From a phage, in sequence record PZ296772.1: a stretch of 64,000 nt of DNA. One strand, 5' to 3'. Every line of letters starts with the position of its first letter. The stretch's first letter is position 1. Below the pieces are notes generated by a model. The model saw only the letters and a list, made by a program, of their open reading frames with translations, was not told the origin of the DNA and made no database searches. The position numbers and the translations under genes are program-made. This document shows, one piece after another, positions 47,401-56,775 of the stretch.

Positions 47401-47985
47401 ATGACTCGTCCAGCGAGACAGATTTTTAACCAAACAAATATAACAAACTTTGTTGTGGATATCCCGGATAGTACACGAACTTCAGGTTTTGTGCTCAATG
47501 CCCAAACGGCTCCATTGCCAGGTGTGAGAATTCCTGTTGTTGAAACTGTGACAGGCACAATGGGGCTAGGACGTGCAATGCGTGCAGGCACCACATTTGA
47601 ATATGACCCTTTTATTGTACGATTTATAGTTGATGAAGACATGACGTCCTGGATGAACATGTATAAATGGATGCTCAGCACTAATAACTATATAACCGGC
47701 CATAATACGGCCCACTCTGATGGTCCTGAGTTTGTTACTTTGCACATTTTAAACAACAATAAGACCGAAGTAGTTTTGACGGCAAATTTCTATAAACCAT
47801 GGATTTCCGATTTGAGTGAAATTGAATTTAGTTACACTGAAGACTCTGACCCTGCCGTTACTTGCGTAGCAACTATTCATTACGCGTATATGACGATAGA
47901 AAAAGATGGCGAAGTCATTGTATCTCAACAACCACGTCAAGCGGTCGAATCTAAATCCATTTCTAGACACCCTTCCTTGCGTTAA
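47401..47985 (+). CDS. 3: tail completion / sheath stabilizer gp3 (by position)
   Basis: ORF 47395..47985 trimmed to ATG after GAGG; longer than T4 gp3, so assignment is by synteny only. Confidence 0.65.
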   Translation: MTRPARQIFNQTNITNFVVDIPDSTRTSGFVLNAQTAPLPGVRIPVVETVTGTMGLGRAMRAGTTFEYDPFIVRFIVDEDMTSWMNMYKWMLSTNNYITGHNTAHSDGPEFVTLHILNNNKTEVVLTANFYKPWISDLSEIEFSYTEDSDPAVTCVATIHYAYMTIEKDGEVIVSQQPRQAVESKSISRHPSLR

Positions 47986-48038
47986 TCGCTTCTAGCTCCG
48001 TATGTTATAATCACTCATAAATTATATGAGGAAAACCT

Positions 48039-48773
48039 ATGGAGCTAATCTTTTTAAGTGGCATCAAACGTAGTGGTAAAGACACTACTGCTGATTACAT
48101 CAATTCAAACTTTAAATCCGTAAAATACCAATTGGCATATCCGATTAAAGACGCTCTAGCAATAGCCTGGGGACGTAGGCATGCTGAAAACCCTGATGTA
48201 TTCACAGAGTTGAAATACGAATACTTTGAAGGCATTGGATACGACCGTGAAACACCATTAAATCTCAATAAGTTGGATGTTATTGAATTATTGGAAGAAG
48301 CGCTAATTTATTTGCAAAGTCAATATTTACCAATTAATAATGTTAAAGTATTATCATCGTTAGAAGGTGGATATTCGTATCTAGATATTAAACCATATGA
48401 AGCCCTGCGTGAAGCTATAAATAATATCAACGACACATGGTCAATCCGCCGTCTTATGCAAGCCCTCGGTACGGATGTTGTCGTTAATTTATTTGACCGT
48501 ATGTATTGGGTTAAACTTTTTGCATTAAACTATATGGATTATATTGGAAGTGATTTCGATTACTATGTCGTAACCGATACACGTCAAGTCCATGAAATGG
48601 AAACCGCTAGAGCGATGGGTGCTACAGTTATTCATGTGGTTCGCTCTGGTACGGAATCCACTGATAAACATATTACAGAAGCTGGGTTGCCTATTGAAGA
48701 AGGCGATTTAGTTATTACAAACGACGGCTCTTTAGAAGAGCTTTATTCTAAAATTGAAAAAATCTTAAGGTAA
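48039..48773 (+). CDS. 1: deoxynucleoside monophosphate kinase gp1
   Basis: 244 aa; P-loop GIKRSGKDT; matches remembered T4 gp1. Confidence 0.92.
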   Translation: MELIFLSGIKRSGKDTTADYINSNFKSVKYQLAYPIKDALAIAWGRRHAENPDVFTELKYEYFEGIGYDRETPLNLNKLDVIELLEEALIYLQSQYLPINNVKVLSSLEGGYSYLDIKPYEALREAINNINDTWSIRRLMQALGTDVVVNLFDRMYWVKLFALNYMDYIGSDFDYYVVTDTRQVHEMETARAMGATVIHVVRSGTESTDKHITEAGLPIEEGDLVITNDGSLEELYSKIEKILR

Positions 48774-48777
48774 TAAA

Positions 48778-49463
<686 letters not shown>

Positions 49464-49476
49464 TTTTCACAAAACA

Positions 49477-49506
49477 GTTTACATAAGGATGATGGTGTGT
49501 TACTAT
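49477..49506 (+). promoter_or_regulatory. early promoter (sigma70-type)
   Basis: GTTTAC, 18 nt, TACTAT, then CATCCTATCAA. Confidence 0.65.
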
Positions 49507-49540
49507 CATCCTATCAAATAAACAGCCTCAAGGAAATAAA

Positions 49541-49828
49541 ATGAAAACCTATAAAGAATTTATATCACCTGTTGCTAACGTTTCTACTCTGACCGAAGCA
49601 TCCCTTACTTCTGAAGTTATTAAAACAAATAAAGGACGTGAGGGTAAACCAATGATTAGTCTGGTTGACGGCGAAGAAGTAAAAGGTACTGTTTACTTAG
49701 GGGATGGATGGTCTGCTAAGAAAGATGGCGCTACTATTGTTATCTCTCCGGCTGAAGAGACTGCACTGTTTAAAGCTAAGCATATTTCTGTAGCTCAGCT
49801 TAAAATTATTGCAAAAACTCTTCTGTAA
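49541..49828 (+). CDS. internal (head-packaged) protein with capsid targeting sequence
   Basis: 95 aa; N-terminus MKTYKEFI; LTE cleavage-type motif; early promoter upstream; ipI locus position. Confidence 0.75.
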   Translation: MKTYKEFISPVANVSTLTEASLTSEVIKTNKGREGKPMISLVDGEEVKGTVYLGDGWSAKKDGATIVISPAEETALFKAKHISVAQLKIIAKTLL

Positions 49829-49831
49829 GTA

Positions 49832-49870
49832 GTTTACATGTTGATAGGACTATGTTATAGTAGTCCTATC
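49832..49870 (+). promoter_or_regulatory. early promoter with palindromic stem-loop cassette
   Basis: GTTTAC, 18 nt, TATAGT; 10 bp inverted repeat GATAGGACTA / TAGTCCTATC spans the -10. Confidence 0.65.
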
Positions 49871-49893
49871 AAAACAACCAAATGGAACCTAAA

Positions 49894-50157
49894 ATGAAAA
49901 CTTTCAACGAATTCATCTCAGAATCGTCTGGTGTGAAAATTAACAAAGCGGTCAATCAGGTTATTGTTGATATTCTTAATTTGTATAACATTGACTTAAC
50001 TCCGCATATCACGCTTGGTAACAAACGAAACTTTTTCATATTTGACACGTCTGAACTTGATGAAAATCAGTTCAATAACATTCAACGTTTTGCGAATGAT
50101 AAAGGTCTTCGACACGAGCCTGGTGGCTATAAAAAATACGCAATATATTTGAAATAA
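49894..50157 (+). CDS. internal protein-like with capsid targeting sequence
   Basis: ORF 49882..50157 trimmed to MKTFNEFISE; ISE after CTS; early promoter upstream. Confidence 0.65.
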   Translation: MKTFNEFISESSGVKINKAVNQVIVDILNLYNIDLTPHITLGNKRNFFIFDTSELDENQFNNIQRFANDKGLRHEPGGYKKYAIYLK

Positions 50158-50159
50158 AG

Positions 50160-50199
50160 GTATACAAGCCTATAGGGATATGATATAGTAGTCCTATCA
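50160..50199 (+). promoter_or_regulatory. early promoter, degenerate copy of stem-loop cassette
   Basis: GTATAC, 18 nt, TATAGT, then TAGTCCTATCAA. Confidence 0.55.
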
Positions 50200-50226
50200 A
50201 AACAAATGAGTAAATGGAGAAATAAA

Positions 50227-50412
50227 ATGAAACGCGCTGAACTGATTCGTAATGTTGCTGTAGTAATTGCTTCAATGGCCTTTAGTTTTTCGATGTTTGT
50301 AGGATTCATTTGTGGACTACTGACAACAACAGAAAATTCTATCTCATTGGTAGTAGCATTTCTAATCGGTTTAATCGCTATTGTTATGGATAAAATTGCA
50401 AAAGGTGAGTAA
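50227..50412 (+). CDS. small membrane protein
   Basis: ORF 50206..50412 trimmed to ATG after GGAGA; two hydrophobic segments; early promoter upstream. Confidence 0.5.
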   Translation: MKRAELIRNVAVVIASMAFSFSMFVGFICGLLTTTENSISLVVAFLIGLIAIVMDKIAKGE

Positions 50413-50775
50413 ATGAAATATCATGTATATGCAGATTTTGAAGCAAATCCTTCTAAAGACCCTGATTGTCGTTTGATACGCAGACCATTTGATTCAGCAG
50501 CTCAAGCATGGGCTTGGATTAAAACTTGTACTCCTTCTTACACTTTCTTTGAAGTGGTAGACGATAACGGTGTTCTGCATCCAGAACCTACAGAAACTAT
50601 TAATTTCCTTCTGTTTGCTGGATATGACTGTTATCCTCTTGGCGGTATTGACGACCTTGTTGCTACAGGAAAAACTGTTGAGGCTCTTCGCGAAATTTAT
50701 AAAAACGCAGAAGAAAATTTTGACTGGTATCATATTGTTGATGCTCATACCTTTGAAGTGGTGGAACACTCATGA
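50413..50775 (+). CDS. hypothetical protein
   Basis: 120 aa ORF, start overlaps previous stop. Confidence 0.55.
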   Translation: MKYHVYADFEANPSKDPDCRLIRRPFDSAAQAWAWIKTCTPSYTFFEVVDDNGVLHPEPTETINFLLFAGYDCYPLGGIDDLVATGKTVEALREIYKNAEENFDWYHIVDAHTFEVVEHS

Positions 50776-51062
50776 TTCTTTATGCTAAAGTAAAATCTGT
50801 CGAGAATGGATATGAAAGCGATCAACGTGCAGCTAAAGCACTAGTTAATGACTATGGTATTCTGACTAACTTTGAGGTTGAAAAGGTTTATATCGACCGT
50901 TCATCTTCGCAAGTTAAATTACTCTGTGAAGATGATAAATTTAACACAGTTAACTTTGATTTCTTTATTGAAACAGAAAAAGGCCCTCTTGAATATGATA
51001 TTTTCAAGAATCCTTTGAAATTACGTTGCATTGAATATAATTACATTAATATGGTACGGTGA
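50772..51062 (+). CDS. hypothetical protein
   Basis: 96 aa ORF overlapping previous stop. Confidence 0.5.
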   Translation: MILYAKVKSVENGYESDQRAAKALVNDYGILTNFEVEKVYIDRSSSQVKLLCEDDKFNTVNFDFFIETEKGPLEYDIFKNPLKLRCIEYNYINMVR

Positions 51063-51066
51063 GTAA

Positions 51067-51582
51067 ATGAATATTTGTTTAGGCAGTACAATTCCTAAGG
51101 GTTACGTAATTGATGTCACTACTTATGAAAATGATGGTGACAACTATAAAACCAAAACATTGTTTGAAGTGGAAGAGCATGAGCTCCAACAGTTTAAATA
51201 TCTTTTGAAGAAATTTAAGAGTCGTCATTCCAGCACTAAAGCTGAACGTTACTGTGGTAATACACCATTCAGTGATTGCTCGCTTTTAATCTACGAATAC
51301 TTGGTTGAAGGACTGTTCTCAGACCAGCTTTATCCAGAATTCATTAAAAAGGTCTTTGATATTGAAGTCGACCTTGGTAATAAATCTGAAGAAGACGAAT
51401 CGCGTGTATTCGACCTGTTCCGTGAGAATGGATATTTAGTATCAGAAGGTCTCGTTGGTATTCTTGGTCATGCTTCTGAATATTATGATTATGATTTCTT
51501 GCGTGTAGTTGAATGTGTTGAATTTGCTTATATTGAAGAAGAAATCGTTTTGCCAACTGTTAAAATGATTGATTTGCTTTAA
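51067..51582 (+). CDS. hypothetical protein
   Basis: 171 aa ORF in compact early operon. Confidence 0.55.
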   Translation: MNICLGSTIPKGYVIDVTTYENDGDNYKTKTLFEVEEHELQQFKYLLKKFKSRHSSTKAERYCGNTPFSDCSLLIYEYLVEGLFSDQLYPEFIKKVFDIEVDLGNKSEEDESRVFDLFRENGYLVSEGLVGILGHASEYYDYDFLRVVECVEFAYIEEEIVLPTVKMIDLL

Positions 51583-51661
51583 GAATTATGTGTTATTATT
51601 AATTCATACCATCTATTACCAAAGGTGCTCTAAAGTGCCTTTCATAATAGAAAGTTATTTA

Positions 51662-51735
51662 GGCCCTGTAGCTCAACGGTTAGCAGCAGTCCCCTCATAA
51701 GGGAAAGGTTACCAGTTCGAATCTGGTCTGGGTCA
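51662..51735 (+). tRNA. tRNA, anticodon CAT (Met or Ile2 type)
   Basis: Hand-folded cloverleaf: acceptor GGCCCTG/CTGGGTC (one mismatch), T arm ACCAG-TTCGAAT-CTGGT, anticodon loop CTCATAA; 3 bp D stem. Confidence 0.6.
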
Positions 51736-51741
51736 TATATT

Positions 51742-51818
<77 letters not shown>

Positions 51819-51836
51819 ACTTTAAGTGAGGAAAAT

Positions 51837-52181
51837 ATGAAAGGCAATGTTTATCTGGTAGTTCATGATTTAACGTTTTATTTTAACGAATATGATACAG
51901 TTATTTCTCATCGATTGATTAATTCGCTGTATCAGCATGCCGATTACATCTATGTTCAAAATGAATTTGGACATTGGAAGTTCATTAAAAACCGTTCTGG
52001 GTTAACTAGTTTTGAATACTTTGACCGTAAAGACCTTTTAAACGAAATCCCGTTGCAACATCGGTTCCAGAAACGTGAATCATTATATTATTGCCGTCAT
52101 ATACCAAACGCCGAATGTGTTAATGAAGCGATTAATCTATGGCGTCGGCGTCGAGAGCAAATTGATGATATGCCAAAATAA
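51837..52181 (+). CDS. hypothetical protein
   Basis: ORF 51789..52181 trimmed to first ATG after the tRNA (track ORF overlapped the tRNA). Confidence 0.5.
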   Translation: MKGNVYLVVHDLTFYFNEYDTVISHRLINSLYQHADYIYVQNEFGHWKFIKNRSGLTSFEYFDRKDLLNEIPLQHRFQKRESLYYCRHIPNAECVNEAINLWRRRREQIDDMPK

Positions 52182-52351
52182 GAAGCCGGGTCGCTACCGG
52201 CAAGTCGTCGGACTGATGTTCCCTGAATAAGACCCGACTTTAAGGCGTACATGAGTTGACATCTTAAAGTCCCTTATCTCACAGCAGAAACGGCGCACAG
52301 AATTATCGATTCGAGGAAATATCTTTGCCGTAAGCCGAGTAGCGTTTTTGA

Positions 52352-52443
52352 CGGAACGTTCGGATATGGTCGAGATATGGCCTTTTAAAAATATTGAGTA
52401 GCGTCAACTACTTAATAACCGGGTTCGAATCCCGGCGTTTCGT
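52352..52443 (+). ncRNA. tRNA-like element in structured non-coding region (candidate small stable RNA or degenerate tRNA)
   Basis: Canonical T arm CCGGG-TTCGAAT-CCCGG plus acceptor pairing CGGAACG/CGTTTCG; no canonical anticodon arm; in a 330 nt ORF-free stretch ending in a terminator. Confidence 0.3.
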
Positions 52444-52495
52444 ACAAACACTTGCCTTAGCAGGTGGAACCCCGACAAGGTTGCCGCAAGGCTTA

Positions 52496-52522
52496 GCCCC
52501 TTCCGAAAGGTTGGGGCTTTTT
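52496..52522 (+). terminator. intrinsic terminator
   Basis: GCCCC-TTCCGAAAGGTT-GGGGC then TTTTT. Confidence 0.65.
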
Positions 52523-52567
52523 GGTATAATAATAAATAGATAAGTTAATTAACTTAGGAAAAGCAAC

Positions 52568-53032
52568 ATGAAATCATACGCTGAATTTTTGACTGAACAA
52601 TCTAGTTCAGATGTAAAAGCCGCTGCGATTGCAGCAATTCAAGCAGGTAAATATTCTTACAAAGACGCCTCCGATGAAGAACGTTTCCGTTTTATTAGAG
52701 ATTTTAAAGCCGAAGGTTTTACTAATGCTAATACTGTTAGCCGAGTTTTTAAAAGCCTAGCTGCATCAGGTGAATTGTTCCAGAAAGCTACAGGTAAAGC
52801 ACCTGCGCCAAAAGCGGACCCTAAAACAGCTCAAGAAAAAAATATCGCCAAAGGAATTATTTCTAAGTATGAAGCAATTCTTAAAGAGCTTTTAGTAATC
52901 AAAACAGAAGGCCAGAAACTGGCACGAGCACATAGTTTCAAAGATAATCCTCACGCTCATAGCCTTGAGTATGTTGAAGATATCCAAAAACTTATTAAAG
53001 ACCGTATCTGGTCTGCTAAACAAATTAAATAA
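52568..53032 (+). CDS. internal protein-like with capsid targeting sequence
   Basis: 154 aa; N-terminus MKSYAEFLTE; flanked by near-identical terminator hairpins. Confidence 0.65.
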   Translation: MKSYAEFLTEQSSSDVKAAAIAAIQAGKYSYKDASDEERFRFIRDFKAEGFTNANTVSRVFKSLAASGELFQKATGKAPAPKADPKTAQEKNIAKGIISKYEAILKELLVIKTEGQKLARAHSFKDNPHAHSLEYVEDIQKLIKDRIWSAKQIK

Positions 53033-53038
53033 TAGAAT

Positions 53039-53065
53039 GCCCCTTCCTTACGGTTGGGGCTTTTT
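53039..53065 (+). terminator. intrinsic terminator (near-duplicate of 52496-52522)
   Basis: GCCCC-TTCCTTACGGTT-GGGGC then TTTTTGGTAT. Confidence 0.65.
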
Positions 53066-53098
53066 GGTATCTAGGGCATAAAAATATTTCATAAAGAT

Positions 53099-53127
53099 GT
53101 TTACTTCTTCTAAGGACATGATACTAT
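53099..53127 (+). promoter_or_regulatory. early promoter (sigma70-type)
   Basis: GTTTAC, 17 nt, TACTAT, then AGACTTATCAAC. Confidence 0.65.
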
Positions 53128-53155
53128 AGACTTATCAACCGCAGAGGAAAATGTT

Positions 53156-53461
53156 ATGAGTCTTTATACTGAACTGAATAAAAAATCTGAAGAATCTGCT
53201 GAAACTATTTTTAAAAACGTGCAAAAGCGTATTCTAGAAAAGATGTATAACACTGCAGCTAAAGGTGAAAAATCTTGCCGGTTCCCGATGAGGTGTTCTT
53301 CTGATTTATGCGCAAATACTATTGAATGGCTGGAAAGTGAAGGTCTTACGGTAGAGAAAAACCCGGCGACTTCTATTGATAGCGAATCATATATTAGTAT
53401 TTCTTGGGATAAACCTCGTACGAATGAAGGACACTACAAGTTGTTAAGTTGGAAAAATTAA
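53156..53461 (+). CDS. hypothetical protein
   Basis: 101 aa ORF with GAGGAAA SD and early promoter. Confidence 0.55.
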   Translation: MSLYTELNKKSEESAETIFKNVQKRILEKMYNTAAKGEKSCRFPMRCSSDLCANTIEWLESEGLTVEKNPATSIDSESYISISWDKPRTNEGHYKLLSWKN

Positions 53462-53470
53462 AAATAACGA

Positions 53471-53499
53471 TGTACAAGCACCAAGGATGGTGATACTAT
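53471..53499 (+). promoter_or_regulatory. early promoter in repeated cassette
   Basis: TGTACA, 17 nt, TACTAT; downstream leader identical to 17081-17125. Confidence 0.6.
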
Positions 53500-53529
53500 A
53501 GACTTATCAACTACAGAGGAGTAAACAAA

Positions 53530-53694
53530 ATGACTACTTTAATTATTTGGTTCGATGAAAATGAAGAAACATACTGTGTGAATATCGGTGAAAGTCCAAT
53601 GCCTGAATTTGAATCCTCAGATAAAAACTCTGTTGTATCTTGGGCTGAAGGTTATAAAGCCGCTAAAGGTGACGTTGAAATAATTTACATCTAA
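53530..53694 (+). CDS. hypothetical small protein (not in ORF track)
   Basis: 54-codon ORF MTTLIIWFDENEETY; leader identical to that of the 17120 gene including GAGGAG SD. Confidence 0.5.
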   Translation: MTTLIIWFDENEETYCVNIGESPMPEFESSDKNSVVSWAEGYKAAKGDVEIIYI

Positions 53695-53712
53695 GTAAGT
53701 TTATGTTATAGT
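53685..53712 (+). promoter_or_regulatory. early promoter (weaker match)
   Basis: TTTACA, 16 nt, TATAGT. Confidence 0.45.
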
Positions 53713-53740
53713 AATCACATCAAATCAAGAGGAAAACAAA

Positions 53741-53968
53741 ATGGCTAAAGTTAGTATTGATGTCGTTGATTATGAATATACCGAAGAAGTTATTCGCAAC
53801 CGTCACCCTGAAGTTCGTATCGATTCAGCCCAAGATTCCAAGTTCTGGACAACTGAGCTTAATCTGAGTGGTCCTTATGAAGCTGTTAAGAAGTTCATGG
53901 TTGAAGAATACTGCGAAGGCATGCACCCGGAAGACGCCAAGTTTTATGTCAATTTGATTAAAAAATAA
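53741..53968 (+). CDS. hypothetical protein
   Basis: 75 aa ORF with GAGG SD and early promoter. Confidence 0.55.
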   Translation: MAKVSIDVVDYEYTEEVIRNRHPEVRIDSAQDSKFWTTELNLSGPYEAVKKFMVEEYCEGMHPEDAKFYVNLIKK

Positions 53969-54003
53969 TTTACAAACTCTTGAGAGCAGAGTATAATGCT
54001 CTC
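53969..54003 (+). promoter_or_regulatory. early promoter overlapping a palindrome
   Basis: TTTACA, 17 nt, TATAAT; 7 bp inverted repeat GAGAGCA / TGCTCTC around the -10. Confidence 0.5.
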
Positions 54004-54038
54004 ATTGGATAATAAACCACCAATTGAAAGGTAATAAT

Positions 54039-54632
54039 ATGAACACACTGAAGAAACTTGTTGAATTCATCCGCACTAAACTGGGTACTGCTATGGCTAA
54101 AAATCTGACTGTCGAAGAACAGTATAATGCAGCTGCAGATAAGTTGATTACCCAAATCAGAGAACTAAAAACGGCTTCTGTTAAATCTATTAATGAAGAA
54201 AAACGTATTCGCGAACTTGTTATTGAAAAGAATAAGCAAGCCGCTTCTAAGGAACGTGAAATTCGTAAGCTCCTGGCTGAAGGACAAGATGTTACCATGC
54301 ATGCTAAGCTTGGTCTTCTGTATCGTCGAACTGCCGAACAACTTAATACAAAAGCTGACGGGTATGCCGCTATGCGAATTGAAATTGCTCGTAAGGTGGT
54401 TGAACTTGACGATGCTCGTCAGAATCTGGCAATCAAACTCGAATACATTCGTGAAACTCGAGCAGCCAATGCCCTTGGTATCTCTACGGCTGATGATGTA
54501 ATTGAAATCGCTGCACTGACTAAGGTTGATATCGAAGACACTCTGACTCGTGTTGAAACGTTCAATGGCACTCCAGCTGGTGTCGAAACCACTTCTGCCG
54601 ATGTACAAGAATATATTAACTCTTTGAAATAA
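54039..54632 (+). CDS. coiled-coil protein, possibly PspA/IM30-like
   Basis: ORF 54024..54632 trimmed to ATG; long predicted coiled-coil with a remembered resemblance to PspA-family helical regions; terminator downstream. Confidence 0.4.
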   Translation: MNTLKKLVEFIRTKLGTAMAKNLTVEEQYNAAADKLITQIRELKTASVKSINEEKRIRELVIEKNKQAASKEREIRKLLAEGQDVTMHAKLGLLYRRTAEQLNTKADGYAAMRIEIARKVVELDDARQNLAIKLEYIRETRAANALGISTADDVIEIAALTKVDIEDTLTRVETFNGTPAGVETTSADVQEYINSLK

Positions 54633-54640
54633 AATAATAC

Positions 54641-54662
54641 GGAGGACTCAGGTCCTCCTTTT
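54641..54662 (+). terminator. intrinsic terminator
   Basis: GGAGGAC-TCAG-GTCCTCC then TTTT. Confidence 0.6.
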
Positions 54663-54681
54663 GGATAATAAAGGAGTTAAC

Positions 54682-55278
54682 ATGCGAAACCAAAATAATG
54701 ATATTGACTCAATGTTCGAAGAGTTCCGAAATAAGGTAAATCCACCTACGTCTTTAGTTGATTCATTACGATATGTTGCAACTGGACGTAAATGGTACTG
54801 GTCGTCTTCTTATGAGACAACTGAATATGCAAATAACCGAAAATCTTTATTAGCCCCAGGTATTATGATTCATGATATCGGAGCTATTGCTAAACTAGTT
54901 GCAGACCATGATATTAGATTCACTGATTTCATTGCTCCTACATGGTCTGTTTGTTGTTTAAACACTGAACGGGACTATATCAGCGAACGCTCTGAAGATT
55001 ATTATGGTTTTAGAGATAAGCTCTTAAGGTCTAACATGTTTTATATCGATACTGAAGTTCTAGTCGATAATAAAAAATATTACTTTACGTTAATCGTCGA
55101 TTCTGAAACTATGTATGAAGGCAAGCCTTTGCTTAAAAGAGTTGATGCTTTAAGTGCTATTGATGCGCTTTATGAAACCATGGTTGTTAGTCCTAATTTC
55201 ACTAACAATTTAATCCTTGAGCAATTTATTATGGAATGTAGAGAATATGTCAAAGCCAACCCTATACATGCCAAGTAA
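54682..55278 (+). CDS. hypothetical protein with C-terminal EQFIMECR tail motif
   Basis: ORF 54661..55278 trimmed to ATG after AAAGGAG; no obvious TM segment. Confidence 0.55.
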   Translation: MRNQNNDIDSMFEEFRNKVNPPTSLVDSLRYVATGRKWYWSSSYETTEYANNRKSLLAPGIMIHDIGAIAKLVADHDIRFTDFIAPTWSVCCLNTERDYISERSEDYYGFRDKLLRSNMFYIDTEVLVDNKKYYFTLIVDSETMYEGKPLLKRVDALSAIDALYETMVVSPNFTNNLILEQFIMECREYVKANPIHAK

Positions 55279-55642
55279 GCCCTGGGCGTATGAATACAAG
55301 CGTAAATTAATCCCAAATGAAGTACTATTTGGCCCTATTTTAGCTTTAGCATTTTTAATCTTTATGATTATAGGAGCTGTTTTAGATTCTAGTGAAGTTA
55401 TATCGTCTGATGCAGCATTTTCATTAATGTTCGTCGCACCACTTATTGTACCATTTTTATTAATGCCTATTAACTGGGTAGGATATTGGCACCAAGGCCG
55501 TCATCACAGAGCTCGAGTTCGTGAGTGGAAAGTTCAGTGCGCAAAAGCCCAAGCTCAGTATGATGAAGCTGTTAAAAAGTATGAATATGAAGAAGCTATG
55601 GAATTCGTTAAGGAAATAAGATGCAAAAGCCTCAACTCTTAA
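55247..55642 (+). CDS. small membrane protein with EFVKEIRC tail motif
   Basis: ORF 55217..55642 trimmed to first ATG (55268 also possible); two hydrophobic helices. Confidence 0.5.
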   Translation: MSKPTLYMPSKPWAYEYKRKLIPNEVLFGPILALAFLIFMIIGAVLDSSEVISSDAAFSLMFVAPLIVPFLLMPINWVGYWHQGRHHRARVREWKVQCAKAQAQYDEAVKKYEYEEAMEFVKEIRCKSLNS

Positions 55643-55980
55643 CCGTATGGCCTTCTCTTGGTGAGAATATTTTAATTTTTATCACGAGCGCCGGCATGGG
55701 ATTTGCCTTTGGATTAGTTGGATTTCTTATTGACGGCGTTGTGTTAGGATTTATAGGGAACACTGGTGGGTTCACAGACCAATGGCAGGACTTACGGTAT
55801 ACCCAAGCCTTTGCATCCATCGCATCCTTTTGTACTGTAGTCTATTTTTACTACGATTTTATAAACCATAACAAGAAAAATAAAAAGGTTTACGCTTCTC
55901 AAATGATTAGTTATAATGAACTCCTAGCTAGACGTGAAAATGAAACAATCGAAAACTTTATTAAGGAATGTAGAAAATGA
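55621..55980 (+). CDS. small membrane protein with ENFIKECR tail motif
   Basis: 119 aa; AAGGAAA SD inside upstream gene; multiple hydrophobic segments. Confidence 0.55.
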   Translation: MQKPQLLTVWPSLGENILIFITSAGMGFAFGLVGFLIDGVVLGFIGNTGGFTDQWQDLRYTQAFASIASFCTVVYFYYDFINHNKKNKKVYASQMISYNELLARRENETIENFIKECRK

Positions 55981-56282
55981 GTAAGATTATTGAAATTAAA
56001 GTACCAGAGTTTAATGATGCCAAATCCGCTTCAGATGCAATTTATAAACTTCTGAATCAAGCTGAACGTATCGAAGAAGAAGCAACAAAGATCGCAGACC
56101 AATATTCTGTATCATTTTCTGTAGGTGATTATGGTAGCGGTCGTACTTATTATCCTAAGGGTGAAATCGTATCCCAGTGGATGAAAAATGAAATTGAAAA
56201 TAATGGCGGCGATGTTAAGCGTGAAGGTAATGGTTACGTTATTACTGAAGGTGCTTGGGTTTCGTCTTCTGCGTTGTGCTAA
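55977..56282 (+). CDS. hypothetical protein, tandem paralog 1 (C-terminal GAWVSSSALC)
   Basis: 101 aa; ATG overlaps upstream stop. Confidence 0.55.
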   Translation: MSKIIEIKVPEFNDAKSASDAIYKLLNQAERIEEEATKIADQYSVSFSVGDYGSGRTYYPKGEIVSQWMKNEIENNGGDVKREGNGYVITEGAWVSSSALC

Positions 56283-56291
56283 GGAATCATT

Positions 56292-56564
56292 ATGTCTAAA
56301 GAACAAACCGAACTGGCTGAAGCCGTAGCAAAAATATATGCAGCTATTGAGGCTGCCAAAGAAATTGCTGATAAACAAAACACAACATTCGACTTGTATC
56401 CAGCTTATGGTATGGGTGGAACCTATCATTCACCAGGACATCTTAAAGCCGATCTTGAACGTTGTACAAAAAACGGTTATGCTGAATGGGCTGATGTTTA
56501 TCAATACGACTACAACCTGAGCCTTGAAGATGGTGGTTGGGTTGCATCTTCACACACTTGCTAA
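56292..56564 (+). CDS. hypothetical protein, tandem paralog 2 (C-terminal GGWVASSHTC)
   Basis: 90 aa; junction TGCTAAGGAA..ATG conserved. Confidence 0.55.
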   Translation: MSKEQTELAEAVAKIYAAIEAAKEIADKQNTTFDLYPAYGMGGTYHSPGHLKADLERCTKNGYAEWADVYQYDYNLSLEDGGWVASSHTC

Positions 56565-56573
56565 GGAAACCAT

Positions 56574-56771
56574 ATGTCTCGTGAATTAGATTGTGCTGTA
56601 CGTACCGCGGTAGCTGCTCTAGAAAACCTGTTCCAAATTGCAACAGAAGAACGCGAAGAAGTTACATTATGGATTGAAGATAACGCAGGTCTGAATCTCC
56701 AGGACGCGATCTCATTATCTAATAATAGCATTACTGTTCAAGGCTGGGTATCGTCTAGTTATTCTTGCTAA
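56574..56771 (+). CDS. hypothetical protein, tandem paralog 3 (C-terminal QGWVSSSYSC)
   Basis: 65 aa; junction conserved. Confidence 0.5.
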   Translation: MSRELDCAVRTAVAALENLFQIATEEREEVTLWIEDNAGLNLQDAISLSNNSITVQGWVSSSYSC

Positions 56772-56775
56772 AACA

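Noticed and set aside
52352-52443. Calling the tRNA-like element a third functional tRNA
   Set aside because: No canonical 5 bp anticodon stem with a 7 nt loop could be folded; only the T arm and acceptor pairing are convincing, so it is reported as a candidate ncRNA at low confidence.
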